A DNA stretch of 43,863 nucleotides from Octopus bimaculoides (Eukaryota): the NCBI RefSeq assembly GCF_001194135.2, contig NC_069002.1, forward strand, positions 23,763,403 to 23,807,265. Direction: 5' to 3'. Both the position numbers and the translations under genes were made by a program. This document shows, piece by piece, positions 25,110 through 36,094 of the stretch (the first letter of the stretch is position 1; each line of letters starts with the position of its first letter). The notes beneath the pieces were generated by a model. It made no database searches. It saw only the letters and a list, made by a program, of their open reading frames with translations, and was not told the origin of the DNA.

Positions 25110-25323
25110 AGGGGGCAAGTTGGCAGATTCATTTGCAGGCTGGGAAAACTGTTAGGTGGTATTTCACCTGTCTTTATGTTCTGAGTTTAAATTCTGCCAA
25201 GGTTAGCTTTACCTTTCATCCGTTCATGACTTGATAAATTAAGTACCATTAGAGTAATGGGGTCAATGTAATCGACTTAGCCCTTCCCCCAAAATTTCAG
25301 ACCTTGTGTCTATAATACAAAGG

Positions 25324-25395
<72 letters not shown>
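25110..25395 (+). mobile_element. SINE family C with a long (ATT)n tail
   Basis: GTTGGCAGATTCATTTGCAGGC...CTGAGTTTAAATTCTGCC...GACCTTGTGTCTATAATACAAAGGATTTATTATT. Confidence 0.75.
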
Positions 25396-25699
25396 CATTT
25401 TATTAACTTGGTGTATTTATTTATGCCTTTATTATTTTCTCCCCAAAATTAATTTAACTTTTCATTTACTATTTTGAGTAAAATTATTGGAGAAAACATG
25501 ACTAGAAAAATTTTTCAAAATAACCCCTGTATATACATCAGTTCACAATGACAACAATAATAATAAAAATAATAATAACAATANNNNNNNNNNNNNNNNN
25601 NNNNNNNNNNNNNNNNNNNNNNNNNNNNNNNNNNNNNNNNNNNNNNNNNNNNNCAACCACAGATTTGTCAACCAATATCTTAATATTTCCTTTTCTTTA

Positions 25700-26429
25700 A
25701 CACACACATACACATTCACATATATGTACACTAATACACATACCTACACACTCACAGAGATATCTACACACCGACACTCACACATGTACACATCCATATT
25801 CTCACAAAGACACACACACACACACAAATATATATATACACATTCATACACACACAAACTTACACATGCATATACATAGACACTCACACACATGCACATT
25901 CATACGCATGCACATATATATATATACTCACACACATACATACATACATACATTCACACTCACATACTTACACATTCACACTCATAAACATTCACAGACA
26001 CACATGTGCACACACTCAGGAAGACTCGCAGACACTCATACACACACTCACAGACACACACACACGTAGACACGCACACACACAAACACATTTTGCCTCC
26101 TCTTCCCCTGCACCTTCCCCCATCCTTCCAACAATAATCATGATTTTGCACTCATTTTTCTTCTAAATTTTTTCCTTTTCTTTTTCTGTCTGCACCACCA
26201 CCACCACCAACCTCCTCTTCCTCCTCCTCCTCCTCCTCCTCCTCACTTTTCTGGATTTTTTCTTTTCTATCTTTTTTGATAAATCTTTTTCTTTTTGCTT
26301 TTCTCATTTTTCTTTTTTTTCACTTTTTACTCTCTCCTCCTCCCTTCTCACATTTTCAATCCCCTTCTTGGAGACTGTCAACCAATATGAAATCCTATCT
26401 TTTTATAGATTATGTACACACACATACAT

Positions 26430-26463
<34 letters not shown>

Positions 26464-26543
26464 CAGGATACATACATACATACATACATACACATACATA
26501 CATATATATAGATATATATATATAGATATATATATATATATTC

Positions 26544-26601
<58 letters not shown>

Positions 26602-26609
26602 CAGGATAT

Positions 26610-26660
<51 letters not shown>

Positions 26661-26900
26661 GTATATGTGTGTGTGCATATGTGTATCTTTAATCAAGTAG
26701 AAAGTTCTTCTGGTTAATTTTTTTTATGTCAACAGTAAAACCATGTGTATGTGTGTGTGGATGAATCTAGTTATATTGATATGTGGTGGTATGTTTGTGT
26801 GAACCAGTGCCGATGTTGCATGCGCGTGCGTGTGTGTGAATATTGTAGTTACCATATTAGTGTATGTGTGCATGTGTGTATATATATATGGGTGTGTGTG
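25700..26900. repeat. Compound (CA)n/(TA)n/(CT)n/(CCT)n low-complexity region
   Basis: Direct reading. Confidence 0.9.
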
Positions 26901-27539
26901 TGTATTTATTTCTTTCTGTGTATGTGAATGCTGTAGTAAGCAGTGATAGAAAAATATAAAGCTACAAATATTCTGAGATTTTTGTTAATATTTAGAATTT
27001 TTTCCTTTTTGTGGAGGAAATTAGCAAAAAAAAAAAACGAAAGAAAAAAAGACAAAAGACAAAAACAGTAAGCAATAAAGAACATCTTTGTTTCAATTGT
27101 CATGGTTACTATTAGGTGGGAATAAATAGTTTGGAGTTTTGTGAAAATCCTGACCATCTTCCCTCTCTCAGCATCTTTGAATTTTCTTGGAAGAATTCCA
27201 CCTGTATCTGTTCAATCTTTAGAAATGTTACCTTTCCATTTATCAGATTTATTGTCATCATCATCATCAACACCATAAGCTAATGATAGAGCCTCCTTGG
27301 GGTAGCTGGACCTGCTAGAAATAGGAGCTTACTCTCCTTTCAACCACACTGTATTGTCTTAAGAAAGAGAAGATATGTTTGATGATGTAAGTCTAAACAG
27401 ATTGTCTGAAAAGAAAAGTTTTAAAAAAAGGCAGGAGTGTTATGGCTTATATACCTGAATCGGAGTTTGACCTGTGGTTAAACAACAATTACAAGTTTGT
27501 CACCATTTCATCAGCAGCAGCAATAGCACCAACATCAAC

Positions 27540-27812
27540 ATCACTTTTATCCTTATCATCCTAAATATCATCATCATCATCATCATCATCATCATGACTT
27601 GATATCATTCAACATCTATTACTACTACCACATACACTTCTACTACAGTCAGCACCACTACCACTACACCATCTTTGTCATCACCATCGTCACTACCATC
27701 ATCATCACCACCATCATCATCACTGTACCACCACCACTACCAGCATCACCACCACCATCATCACTGTGCCACCACCATCATCACTGTGCCACCACCATCA
27801 CCATCATCACCC
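27540..27812. repeat. CAT/CAC-rich cryptic trinucleotide repeat with a 21-bp tandem unit (CACCACCATCATCACTGTGC/A)
   Basis: Direct reading. Confidence 0.85.
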
Positions 27813-28406
27813 TTGCTACAGCATTCACTGTTACTTATATAAAACTGACCTGTCGGGCCTTAACTGCCAAATGACCTCACAACGAGTCCACATTTGTCTT
27901 AGAAACCAGCAAGAGGTTTATCTTAGTGTTCTATCAAGGTTGTTTACAATCTACCATTATTCTATTGTTCATCTTATCTGCAACTTGGCATGGTTCCAAT
28001 ACTGGTAAATTTCACCTCAATGCTAAATACATATGTTTTTTTTATAAAGAACCATATTCTAAGGTTCTTTTTCAATATACAATGGTTTCACTTGTTTATT
28101 TTTCTTTGGCACCAAATCCTTACCCACTCAGTGGACATGACAACATCCTTATCCAGCTATGGCTGCTACTGTTTATATCTGATATTATCCAAGAGCTTTG
28201 GCAGTACATATTCCAAAATCGGAACAATACAGAGAAGATATTATTGAATGTTTATTTATCATTGTGTTTTTGTTCGTTAAAATCCTTACTTAATTATTAT
28301 TGTTCCACATTTTCATTTTCATTTTTACATTTTTGTTTATAAGAGTTTAAAAAATTATTTAAAAAGATCTTAGCCTCATCTTTTGAATTTAAAAATAATA
28401 TTAAGT

Positions 28407-28565
28407 GCAGGAGTGGGTGTGTGGTCAGTAGCTTGCTTACCAACCACATGATTCTGGATACAGTCCCACTGCATGACACCTTGGGCAAGTGTCTTCTACT
28501 ATAGCCTTGGGATGACCAAAGCCTTGTGAGTGGATTTGGTAGATGGAAACTGAAAGAAACTCTTC

Positions 28566-28570
<5 letters not shown>
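28407..28570 (+). mobile_element. SINE family A, 5' part, ending in (TA)n
   Basis: GCAGGAGTGGGTGTGTGGTCAGTAGCTTGCTTACCAACCACATG...GATTTGGTAGATGGAAACTGAAAG. Confidence 0.85.
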
Positions 28571-28596
<26 letters not shown>

Positions 28597-28597
<1 letters not shown>

Positions 28598-28782
28598 GAT
28601 TCGCCATGATAGATCATTAGCCACTACACATCCTTTATTTTCTCTCCTTGTTTCTTTCTGTGGAAGAGCATAGGCTCGAAACGTTAAAGACTTTTTCACT
28701 TCCCGAGCGTTATACTAATACATCTGTTTGTTGTCTACACCACCTGTCTTCGTGTGTTGTTTTTTTTTCGTGAATTCTCCCT
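28597..28782 (+). mobile_element. ~185-bp element inserted in (TA)n, carrying a hammerhead-like fold
   Basis: (TA)n on both sides; 28653-28690 = TCTTT-CTGTGGA-A-GAGCatagGCTC-GAAA-CGT-T-AAAGA. Confidence 0.55.
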
Positions 28783-28949
28783 ATATATATNNNNNNNNNN
28801 NNNNNNNNNNNNNNNNNNNNNNNNNNNNNNNNNNNNNNNNNNNNNNNNNNNNNNNNNNNNNNNNNNNNNNNNNNNNNNNNNNNNNNNNNNNNNNNNNNNN
28901 NNNNNNNNNNNNNNNNNNNNNTATATATATATATATATATCATGATCAT

Positions 28950-29560
28950 GATCGTTTTATGTTTGCTTTCTATGCTGACAGGAGGCTGTACCAGGCTTGA
29001 ATCTGATTTGGCAAAGTTTCTACACCTGGATGCCCTAATACCTACCACTCCGAGAATGTAGTGGGTGCTTTTTACATTCCACCAACACGAGGGTAGCACT
29101 GGCATTGACCATGCTTGCATGGTGCATTTTATGTGCCACTGGCATGGGTGCCAGTCAGGTGGCACTGGCAACAACCACACTCAAATGGTGGTTTTTATGT
29201 GCTGCCAGCACGTGAGCCAGTCAGCCGGCACTGGCATCAATCATGTTCATATGGTGCATTTTACGTGTCACCAGCATGGGAGCCAGCATGTATTAGTATA
29301 ATGCTCGGGAAGTGAAAAAGTCTTTAACATTTCGAGCCTATGCTCTTCCACAGAAAGCATTGATAATGTTCAAATGGTGCTTTTCACGTGCCACCGGCAC
29401 AGGTGCCAGTTGGGTGGTACTGGCATCGGCCATGACAATGATTTCACTAGACTCAACAGGTCTTCTCAAGTACAGTTTATTGCCCAATGATTGAAGGGTA
29501 CTCTTAAATGGGCTAGTTATGCAACACTGGCATAGGCCACGGTTACGGTCTCACTTAGGT
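28950..29560 (-). mobile_element. Retroposon with internal ~60-65-bp tandem repeats (longer relative of the 31-185 element)
   Basis: The + strand shows GGCAAAGTTTCTACACCTGGATGCCC followed by 4-5 imperfect units of TGGTGC.TTTTA.GTGCCAC.GGCA.GGG.GCCAGTCAG..GGCACTGGCA. Confidence 0.6.
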
Positions 29561-29569
29561 TGTCCTCTC

Positions 29570-30150
29570 TACCATTGCTTGACACTGATGTTAGTGTGTT
29601 TACACCCCCGTAACTTAGCAGCTTGGCGAAAGAGACTGATACAATAAGTACTAAGCTTACAAAGAATAAGTCCTGGGATTGATTTGCTTGACTAAAAGTG
29701 GTGCTCCAGCATGGCTGCAGTCAAATGATCGAAACAAGTAAAAGAATATATGTGTGTGTGTATATATAAATATATATGTATATATATATANNNNNNNNNN
29801 TATGAACCACATGGTTCTGGGTTCAGTCCCACTGCGTGGCACCTTGGGAAAGCATCTTCTACTGTAGCATTGGGCCAACAAAAGCCTTGTGAGTGGATTT
29901 GGTAGACAGAAACTGAATGAAGGCCATCATATATATATATATAATGTGTGTATATATTTGTGTCTGTGTGTTTTTTCCCCCTCCCATCGATTGACAACCG
30001 ATGTTGGTGTATTTACCTGTAACTTAGTGGTTCAGCAAAAGACACCAATAGAATAAGTACTAGGTTTACAAAGACTAAGTCATGGGGTCGATTTGTTCGA
30101 TTAAAGATGGTGCTGCAGCATGGCCACATTCAAATGACTGAAACAAATAA
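29570..30150 (+). mobile_element. Two adjacent SINE family A copies (3' part at 29570-29745; near-full copy at 29801-30150)
   Basis: Repeated GGTGCTCCAGCATGGCTGCAGTCAAATG tails and CCTTGTGAGTGGATTTGGTAGACAG core. Confidence 0.8.
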
Positions 30151-30214
30151 AAAATTTTTTTAATATGTAAATACTGAAATTCTTCAGTTTTTGCTCTCTC
30201 TTGTTTTCCACATA

Positions 30215-30449
30215 TAAGGTATTTTTCGATGTTATTATTCAGGTCACTACCTGGAATCGAACTCAGAATCTTGGGCAGTGACCTAATTAATAATAATAAT
30301 AACATCAAAAAATACCTTAGGAATGAGAACCCAGGTTCAAAATTTCCCCAAGACACCTGATGAAGGCTGGAGGATATATCAGCTGAAATGTTGTGTCAAC
30401 AACAAACAAAATGAGGACAAATATCCATCAAATGTAAATAATGTACATA
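30215..30449 (+). mobile_element. Composite short retroelement: inverted Pol III B-box arm, hammerhead and Penelope-like 3' tail
   Basis: Inverted arms 30215-30252 (-) and 30274-30319 (+); B-box GAGTTCGATTCC (-) at 30253-30264; 30395-30449 matches the reverse complement of 33231-33285 at 46/55 nt. Confidence 0.55.
30352..30397 (+). ncRNA. Minimal type-I hammerhead ribozyme motif (slightly decayed)
   Basis: GACAC-CTGATGA-A-GGCTG-gaggatatat-CAGCT-GAAA-TGT-T-GTGTC: 5-bp helix I, 5-bp helix II, intact cores. The two non-Watson-Crick positions are what CpG decay of CAGCCGAAACG would give. Confidence 0.65.
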
Positions 30450-30979
30450 TTTTGTATATGAAAACCATTCTGTTATATTTAATTTGTTTATACGCATAAT
30501 TGCCTCCATATCTGCTTGAGTTGATTCCTCTTATAACCACTCTTTACCCTGCGGAATTGGTCCCTTGTAAAGACAATGGAATTTATGTTGGAATCATTTA
30601 TGTACTGCAAAGTGTTTTCTAATCTGAGAATCTCTGGATCTCATCTGTTGACTATATATATATATATATATAAAAGACTGTATATATAACAGACTCTCCC
30701 CTATCGAAGATGATGTATGAGCATTCTGCTTTTTGAATGACCTGCACAGATGATTTGTTTCTAGTGATCAAATGTTCATGCCGCACATTATACCTCACTC
30801 TCACCATCAAATTGATGTCTGAACAGGTGTTTTCTCAAGAATTCCGGTCTAGGAATTGAAATAATGATCGCTTTATATATATAGAGAGAGAGGAAGTGAA
30901 AATTTAAAATCTTATTAATGGGACGTCTCACATATTTCAAACATTTTAATTGTCACTTTTTGTTGTTTTTGTTTTGCAG

Positions 30980-31108
30980 TGTCGGAAACTTGGTTTGCTT
31001 CCTCCTGATGAAACACTACCCCAAAGTTGTCGAGTGGCATTTCAGTTGATATGGGCCAATAATGGTGATGCGATCAGTCATCAGTATGCAGGAACTGCTG
31101 CATTAAAG
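30980..31108 (+). CDS. INPP5F: Internal coding exon (43 aa, phase 0/0) of a Sac-domain phosphoinositide phosphatase, INPP5F/Sac2-like
   Basis: Polypyrimidine tract plus ttttgcAG acceptor ending 30979; donor AAG/GTaatt at 31109. Translation CRKLGLLPPDETLPQSCRVAFQLIWANNGDAISHQYAGTAALK closely matches the vertebrate INPP5F segment as I recall it (LKKLGVMPPEQPLPVKCNRIYQIMWANNGDSISRQYAGTAALK), just C-terminal to the CX5R motif; SAC1, synaptojanin and FIG4 match less well. Confidence 0.9.
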
Positions 31109-31739
31109 GTAATTTCATTGATTCTCGTTATTATCATTAGTCGTATTTCTCTTCTGAAAGAAGGCAGTGGAATGGCACAAGCCTTAATCCCCTTCAGTAC
31201 CAACCCATCTGAGACTGTCCCTGATCTAAATTAAAACCTTCCATCAAAATTCCATGTTAATTTATGCTCCAGACACCAGTTTAATAACGACAAAGTTGTT
31301 TTACTAATTTCTTCATCATTTTGAAAATCAATTGAAATGAAGTCAGTGTATTTTGAACTGAAATATGGTCACAAAAGGATTAAAGTATCTAAATTAAAAT
31401 CCTCCATCAAAATTTCATATTAATTTAAGTTCCAAATGCCAACTTAATAATGACCAAGTTATTTTTTTAATTTTTTAATTCTTTTCAAAATTTATTGAAA
31501 CAAGGTTAATGTATGGTAACGAAAATATAGTAATGAAAAAAAAAATCTTTGAAGAAAGCAGTGTCTGCTATTTAGTGGCTTATATTCTGAGTTCTAAAAG
31601 ACAATAAGAGGTGAATTTAACTAGAACACTAGGGCCTGAAGAACGAGATGGAATTGTATGGATTTCTAACAAACTCTTTGATATTAATCTCTCAAAAACA
31701 ACAAAAAAGCAAAGTAAATTTTTTGCTCCCTTCCTTCGT

Positions 31740-33190
31740 TGCATTATTTTTACTAAGGTTAGCAATCTACAGGTCTGTAGATCTTCATGCAATTTCTTGG
31801 TTTTTCATATCACTTTCAATAATACCCAAGTACTCATATCCTTCGTCTTCAACTTCCTTTGTAGTTTCATCATATTCCAGCTTGATCCCAAGACTTAAAA
31901 TAACTTCACCTCAAATCTCAATCCCAATTCCATCCCTACATCCTTGCTAATCACCTGAATGGTTGACTTCAATTTCTCTCTCAGTCTTTCAAAAGAAAGC
32001 TTTTGATCATCCATAAACAACAAGTTATTTTCACATTACCTACACTGTATCCTAGGCACATCTTTCTCAGAACAGTTGATAGAGGTATCATGCAGATGAC
32101 AAATTAGAGGGGACATAAGCTGTCCCCTTTGAAAATTGCTCTTTTAATACTTACCTCTCCCAACATCTCACCACATGCTGTGTGCTCAGTTTTCTAAGTT
32201 GCCATTGAGTCTTGTATGAAATTCACAATACTGTCAGAGATGTTAACCAGTTTAAGACACTCAATAATCCATGAGTGTAGGACCATGTCATAAGCTTTCT
32301 TGTTGGAAATTTTGATGGAAAGTTTTAATTTAGACCACTTTAATCCTTTTCTAACCTTATTTCAGTTTAAATACACTGCCTTTCTGTTTCTGTGTGTCTC
32401 TTCCTGCAGCTGAACATAGCAGTCTCGTCTATTATCGACACATACTTAGCACCTCTGCTTTTCCTCTACACCCCTTTTTGTTCTGCTGGGTGGAGCTCAT
32501 TCTTGTCCAGTTAGTTGTAAATGCTGTTAGCAATTCTGCTTGTCATTAGTTTCTACATAAGTGGCAAACAAGGAACTGGTTGATAATGTCTCACCACATT
32601 TCCTCTATTTAGGTCCTACATTCTGTCATCCAGGCTGGCACTTTGATCTCACTGCTCATCATTTTGTGAATCTAGCTTACAGTTCATTTATGTATTATTG
32701 TTAGATACTGAAGTCCTGGGCCCCATTTGGATCAGGTACTTTCCAGTTGGGTAATTCCTTACACTGATATCCAACCATTTTGTCAGTGATTCTCAAATTC
32801 TCCTGTGGACACCTTCCTTTCGCTTCTTTGAGGGACCATAACCACTCCCCTTCAGTTTCGTGCTGTTCCTCCTGAGATCACATGTTCACCCAGAACCACT
32901 TGCTCTCCCCCGCATCTGCTGCAGCATTTTCAATATTTCCTTTTCCATTCAGTTCCTAATAAACTCATTCCTGGTCTTGATCAAAAAGTCTATTTAACCT
33001 ATATTGTTCAATTCTCTGTTCATATCTCTTCAGCTTTTAGCTTCTGTTTTAATTTCTCAACTTCAACATTGATTCCTTGTCTCTTCACCTTATATTTTCT
33101 CTCTAACTGAACATACTTCTCTTTCTTCCAAATTTAATCTCCATTTTTCCTTTCTAGGATATTTTCTGATCTCATTGATGAACTGCTTTG
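31740..33190 (-). mobile_element. Degenerate R4/Dong-type reverse transcriptase region (copy B)
   Basis: Frameshifted minus-strand motifs: KVKRQGINVEVEKLKQ, YQPVPCLPLM.KLMT, EQKGCR, KAYDMV.HSWI (32282-32299), IFKGDSL.PL, LLFMDDQKL (FMDD 32006-32017), YEYLGIIE; interrupted at 32304-32385 by the TTAA repeat. Confidence 0.8.
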
Positions 33191-33196
33191 TCTTCA

Positions 33197-36094
33197 GTTC
33201 TATATTTAAGAGATGAGGAATTACACACATTATTTATATTATTTGCAATTGACAGATATTTGTCCTCATCTTGTTTTTTGTTAACATGTGTTTTGGCAGT
33301 TTTTAAATTACAATTTTATAACTGGCAAAAAGAATAAGAAGATGACAGAAAAAAAGGAAAGAAAAAGAGAGAAAGAAGAATATTTAATCAAAGTTTTGTA
33401 TAAATTTGATGATATTCTCCTGTCATCTTATTCATTCCTCCAGGGCATGATGTTAATAACCTGCAAACATATTTCTCCTCATACATTCTGAGAAGTGAAA
33501 GTGAAGCAGATTCAGAATATTTTCTGAGAATATGCACTTTCAAGTCTTCTTCAAAATTGCTGCCGCTTGAAACGAAATGTTCAGCAAGTTCTGTCGAGCT
33601 ACTGTTATTGTGCCTGACGGCAATTCTGTGCCCATTAGCCCTTTTGTATAATTGTCCTGTTGTACAACCAGCATAAATTGTGTTCTGTTTTGTGCATTCT
33701 GCAGCGTACACCAAATGGGAATCTTTACATGTTCACCCTTCTGTATAAATCATAACATTTCTATCATGATTTCTGATGGAATTTACTTCCCTCATGTTGT
33801 TGCATAAAGAACAGGCTTACCTCTCTTGCGGCTGTTCTTTAAAGTACAGCGTGCAGATACTCCAATGTTCGTTTTCTTGGAGTCAGATATAGAGGTCAAT
33901 AATTCTCTTATATTCTTATTCCGTCTAATGGGCAGCTGAGGAAATATCTGTTTGAAACGAGGATATTTTTTCGCCACATGCTGGTAACTTTCATGCAACA
34001 CTTTTGAAATGCCAGCGAAATGTCGGTGCCAGCTAATCACTAAAGGAATTCTATCATCTATTGTATTGTGATTGCTAAAATTATTCGTGTAGCTTTGACT
34101 ATCTTTGCTAATCTTAGCTATTTCATTTGCTATTTCCTTTAATCGTGATTCACTGTAACCTCATTTGACATAATGACATACAAAAGCATTTGCATGTTTC
34201 TAGTAATCCCCTATGTCAGTACAAATCCGTTTTATCCTCAAAAATTGGGATTTTGGATTTGACCGAATAAGATGATGTAGATGATTGGAGCGGTGGTGGA
34301 AATAAATATGGGATGACGTGGGCTTGCAAAATAACTCTGTCACTATTCTGTCTCCAGAAAACTTGACTTTTGTGTCCAAAAATTCAACGCTAGTTTTTGA
34401 AAAACTAGACGTAAATTTTATGTTGGTCTTAAAGCCATAATTTCTAGCATAACAGTCACAGAAATGTATGAAGTCCTTTAAACTATCCTTTGATCCTTCC
34501 CAGACAAAAAATACGTCGTCAATAAACCGTAACTAGAGTATTGGTTCATGACCATGAAGGGATTTGAATGTCTTCAGTAACTGTGTCTCGAATTTCATCA
34601 TAAAGGCATTAGCGAAATTAACTACCATGGAAGTACCGATGGCGCAACCCTTCGACTGGAAGTAAAATTTCTGTCTAAACTTCATTGTGTTACTTTCTAA
34701 CAATAATCTACTGAGTAAATTTGATGGAATACTTTTATTTGACCACTTTTCAAAGGCATCCATGCATGCTTCTACCCCTTCATTGTGGTCAATATTTAAA
34801 AAAGTTGTTGATTTTAGATACAAAATCAAAGGTATCCCGAATATAGGAACTTGATTGTTTTGCAACAGGGAGTAGAAAGCCATCCAGCCATTCCAAAGTT
34901 TTGGCCGTACAACATTCATATCCGCTGCAAATTGGGCACATTGGAGGAAACCTTTCAAACTTTTTGTGTATTTTAGGGAGACAATAAAATACAGGTGTTC
35001 TTCTTTCTGACCTTAAAATCCTAGATTCAGCCTTATTAACGAAATTGTTTCCTCCATTTCCAGAATTATTTTATCAAGTTCCTCTCTGTAATTGGGGTTT
35101 GGATCGACAGGTAATTCTTCATATGAAGTTTTGTCATTTTAAAATTTCTTCACAAGCCGAAATATACTAGCTTTTGTCCATAATTACGATAGTGCTTACC
35201 CTATCCGCCATCTTAATAACAATAGAATCGTTATTAGCTAGACGTCGGAGTGCGTAACATTGGAAATTTGTGAGGTTATTCCAGGACTTCTCTCCACTTG
35301 TTTTAAGGCTTTCTCTAATGCCTGCCTGACAGGATTCAAGAAATTCCAGTAGTACATGTGAACGTCCATCCTGAACTTTATCTGGATACCAATTGGGATT
35401 CTTTTCAATCCAATTATGTCAGATTCGATGATCATCATTTTAAGTAAACATAGAATTTTCTGACTCCTCGTTACCAGTTTTTTTCAAAAAAATAATATTC
35501 TTTCAGCTTGTGGTGGCAGACAAACTGAAATAGCCCTTGAGCTAGTTTATTCTTGTGGAAATTCTTAGTGCTTGGGCAAAAACTCAGTCCAAGCTCTAAG
35601 ACTGAGAAATCGTCGGGCGAAAGTTTTAGTTTCGATAAATTTATAACCGATTTATTCTCTAGTGTGATGGTTTTTCTCGGGCAAGGGATTTTCAGAGTCT
35701 TTTTCTCATTAGATTCCTGACTACTTTTTGGGTTTTGCTCGAAATCTTCACTTAAAACGCGGAACCTATTGGGTTATAAAAATTTGTTCTGAATGTTCAT
35801 GTGAGAAGTTATAATTTTTAGTCGTCTTTCTAGGGGTAATCTATTTCTGGGTGAGAGATAGAAAGTGAGTGACTTCTGTGGTTTTTGTAGACATTTGAAA
35901 AACCTTTACTTTTAGGAAAGGAACAGATTTATTGTTTTCGAGGCAAAATCTTAAGTGTGCTCGAATTTTTGGCTGATCAAATAGAAACTTCTCTGGAGCG
36001 TTTCCATGACCAGTTCAAATGAATACGCCAAGGCAAAAAGGCCATGATCATATGCGCCAACTTGGGGATTGATTATATGAACTTGTTGAATTGT
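33197..36094 (-). mobile_element. Degenerate near-full-length Penelope-like element (RT + Cys-rich linker + GIY-YIG endonuclease)
   Basis: VINLS..LS....VLELGLSFCP (~35650-35580), IVIKMADRVSTIVIMDK (~35200), YFQSKGCAIGTSMVVNFANAFM, LRFIDDVFFVW (~34500-34530), PLVISWH...RRNKNIRELL, GKPCSLC, TCKDSHLVYAAECTKQNTIYAGCTT...RANGHR (33714-33600); many stops and frameshifts. The linker zinc-finger-like motif suggests a Neptune-like clade (inference). Confidence 0.9.

Noticed and set aside
27926-28342. 138-aa ORF in apparently unique sequence
   Set aside because: No recognisable domain, no convincing splice sites and no match to Sac2 residues as I recall them.
29060-29430. Tandem units as a CRISPR-like array
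   Set aside because: Eukaryotic context; the units are contiguous and imperfect with no unique spacers.
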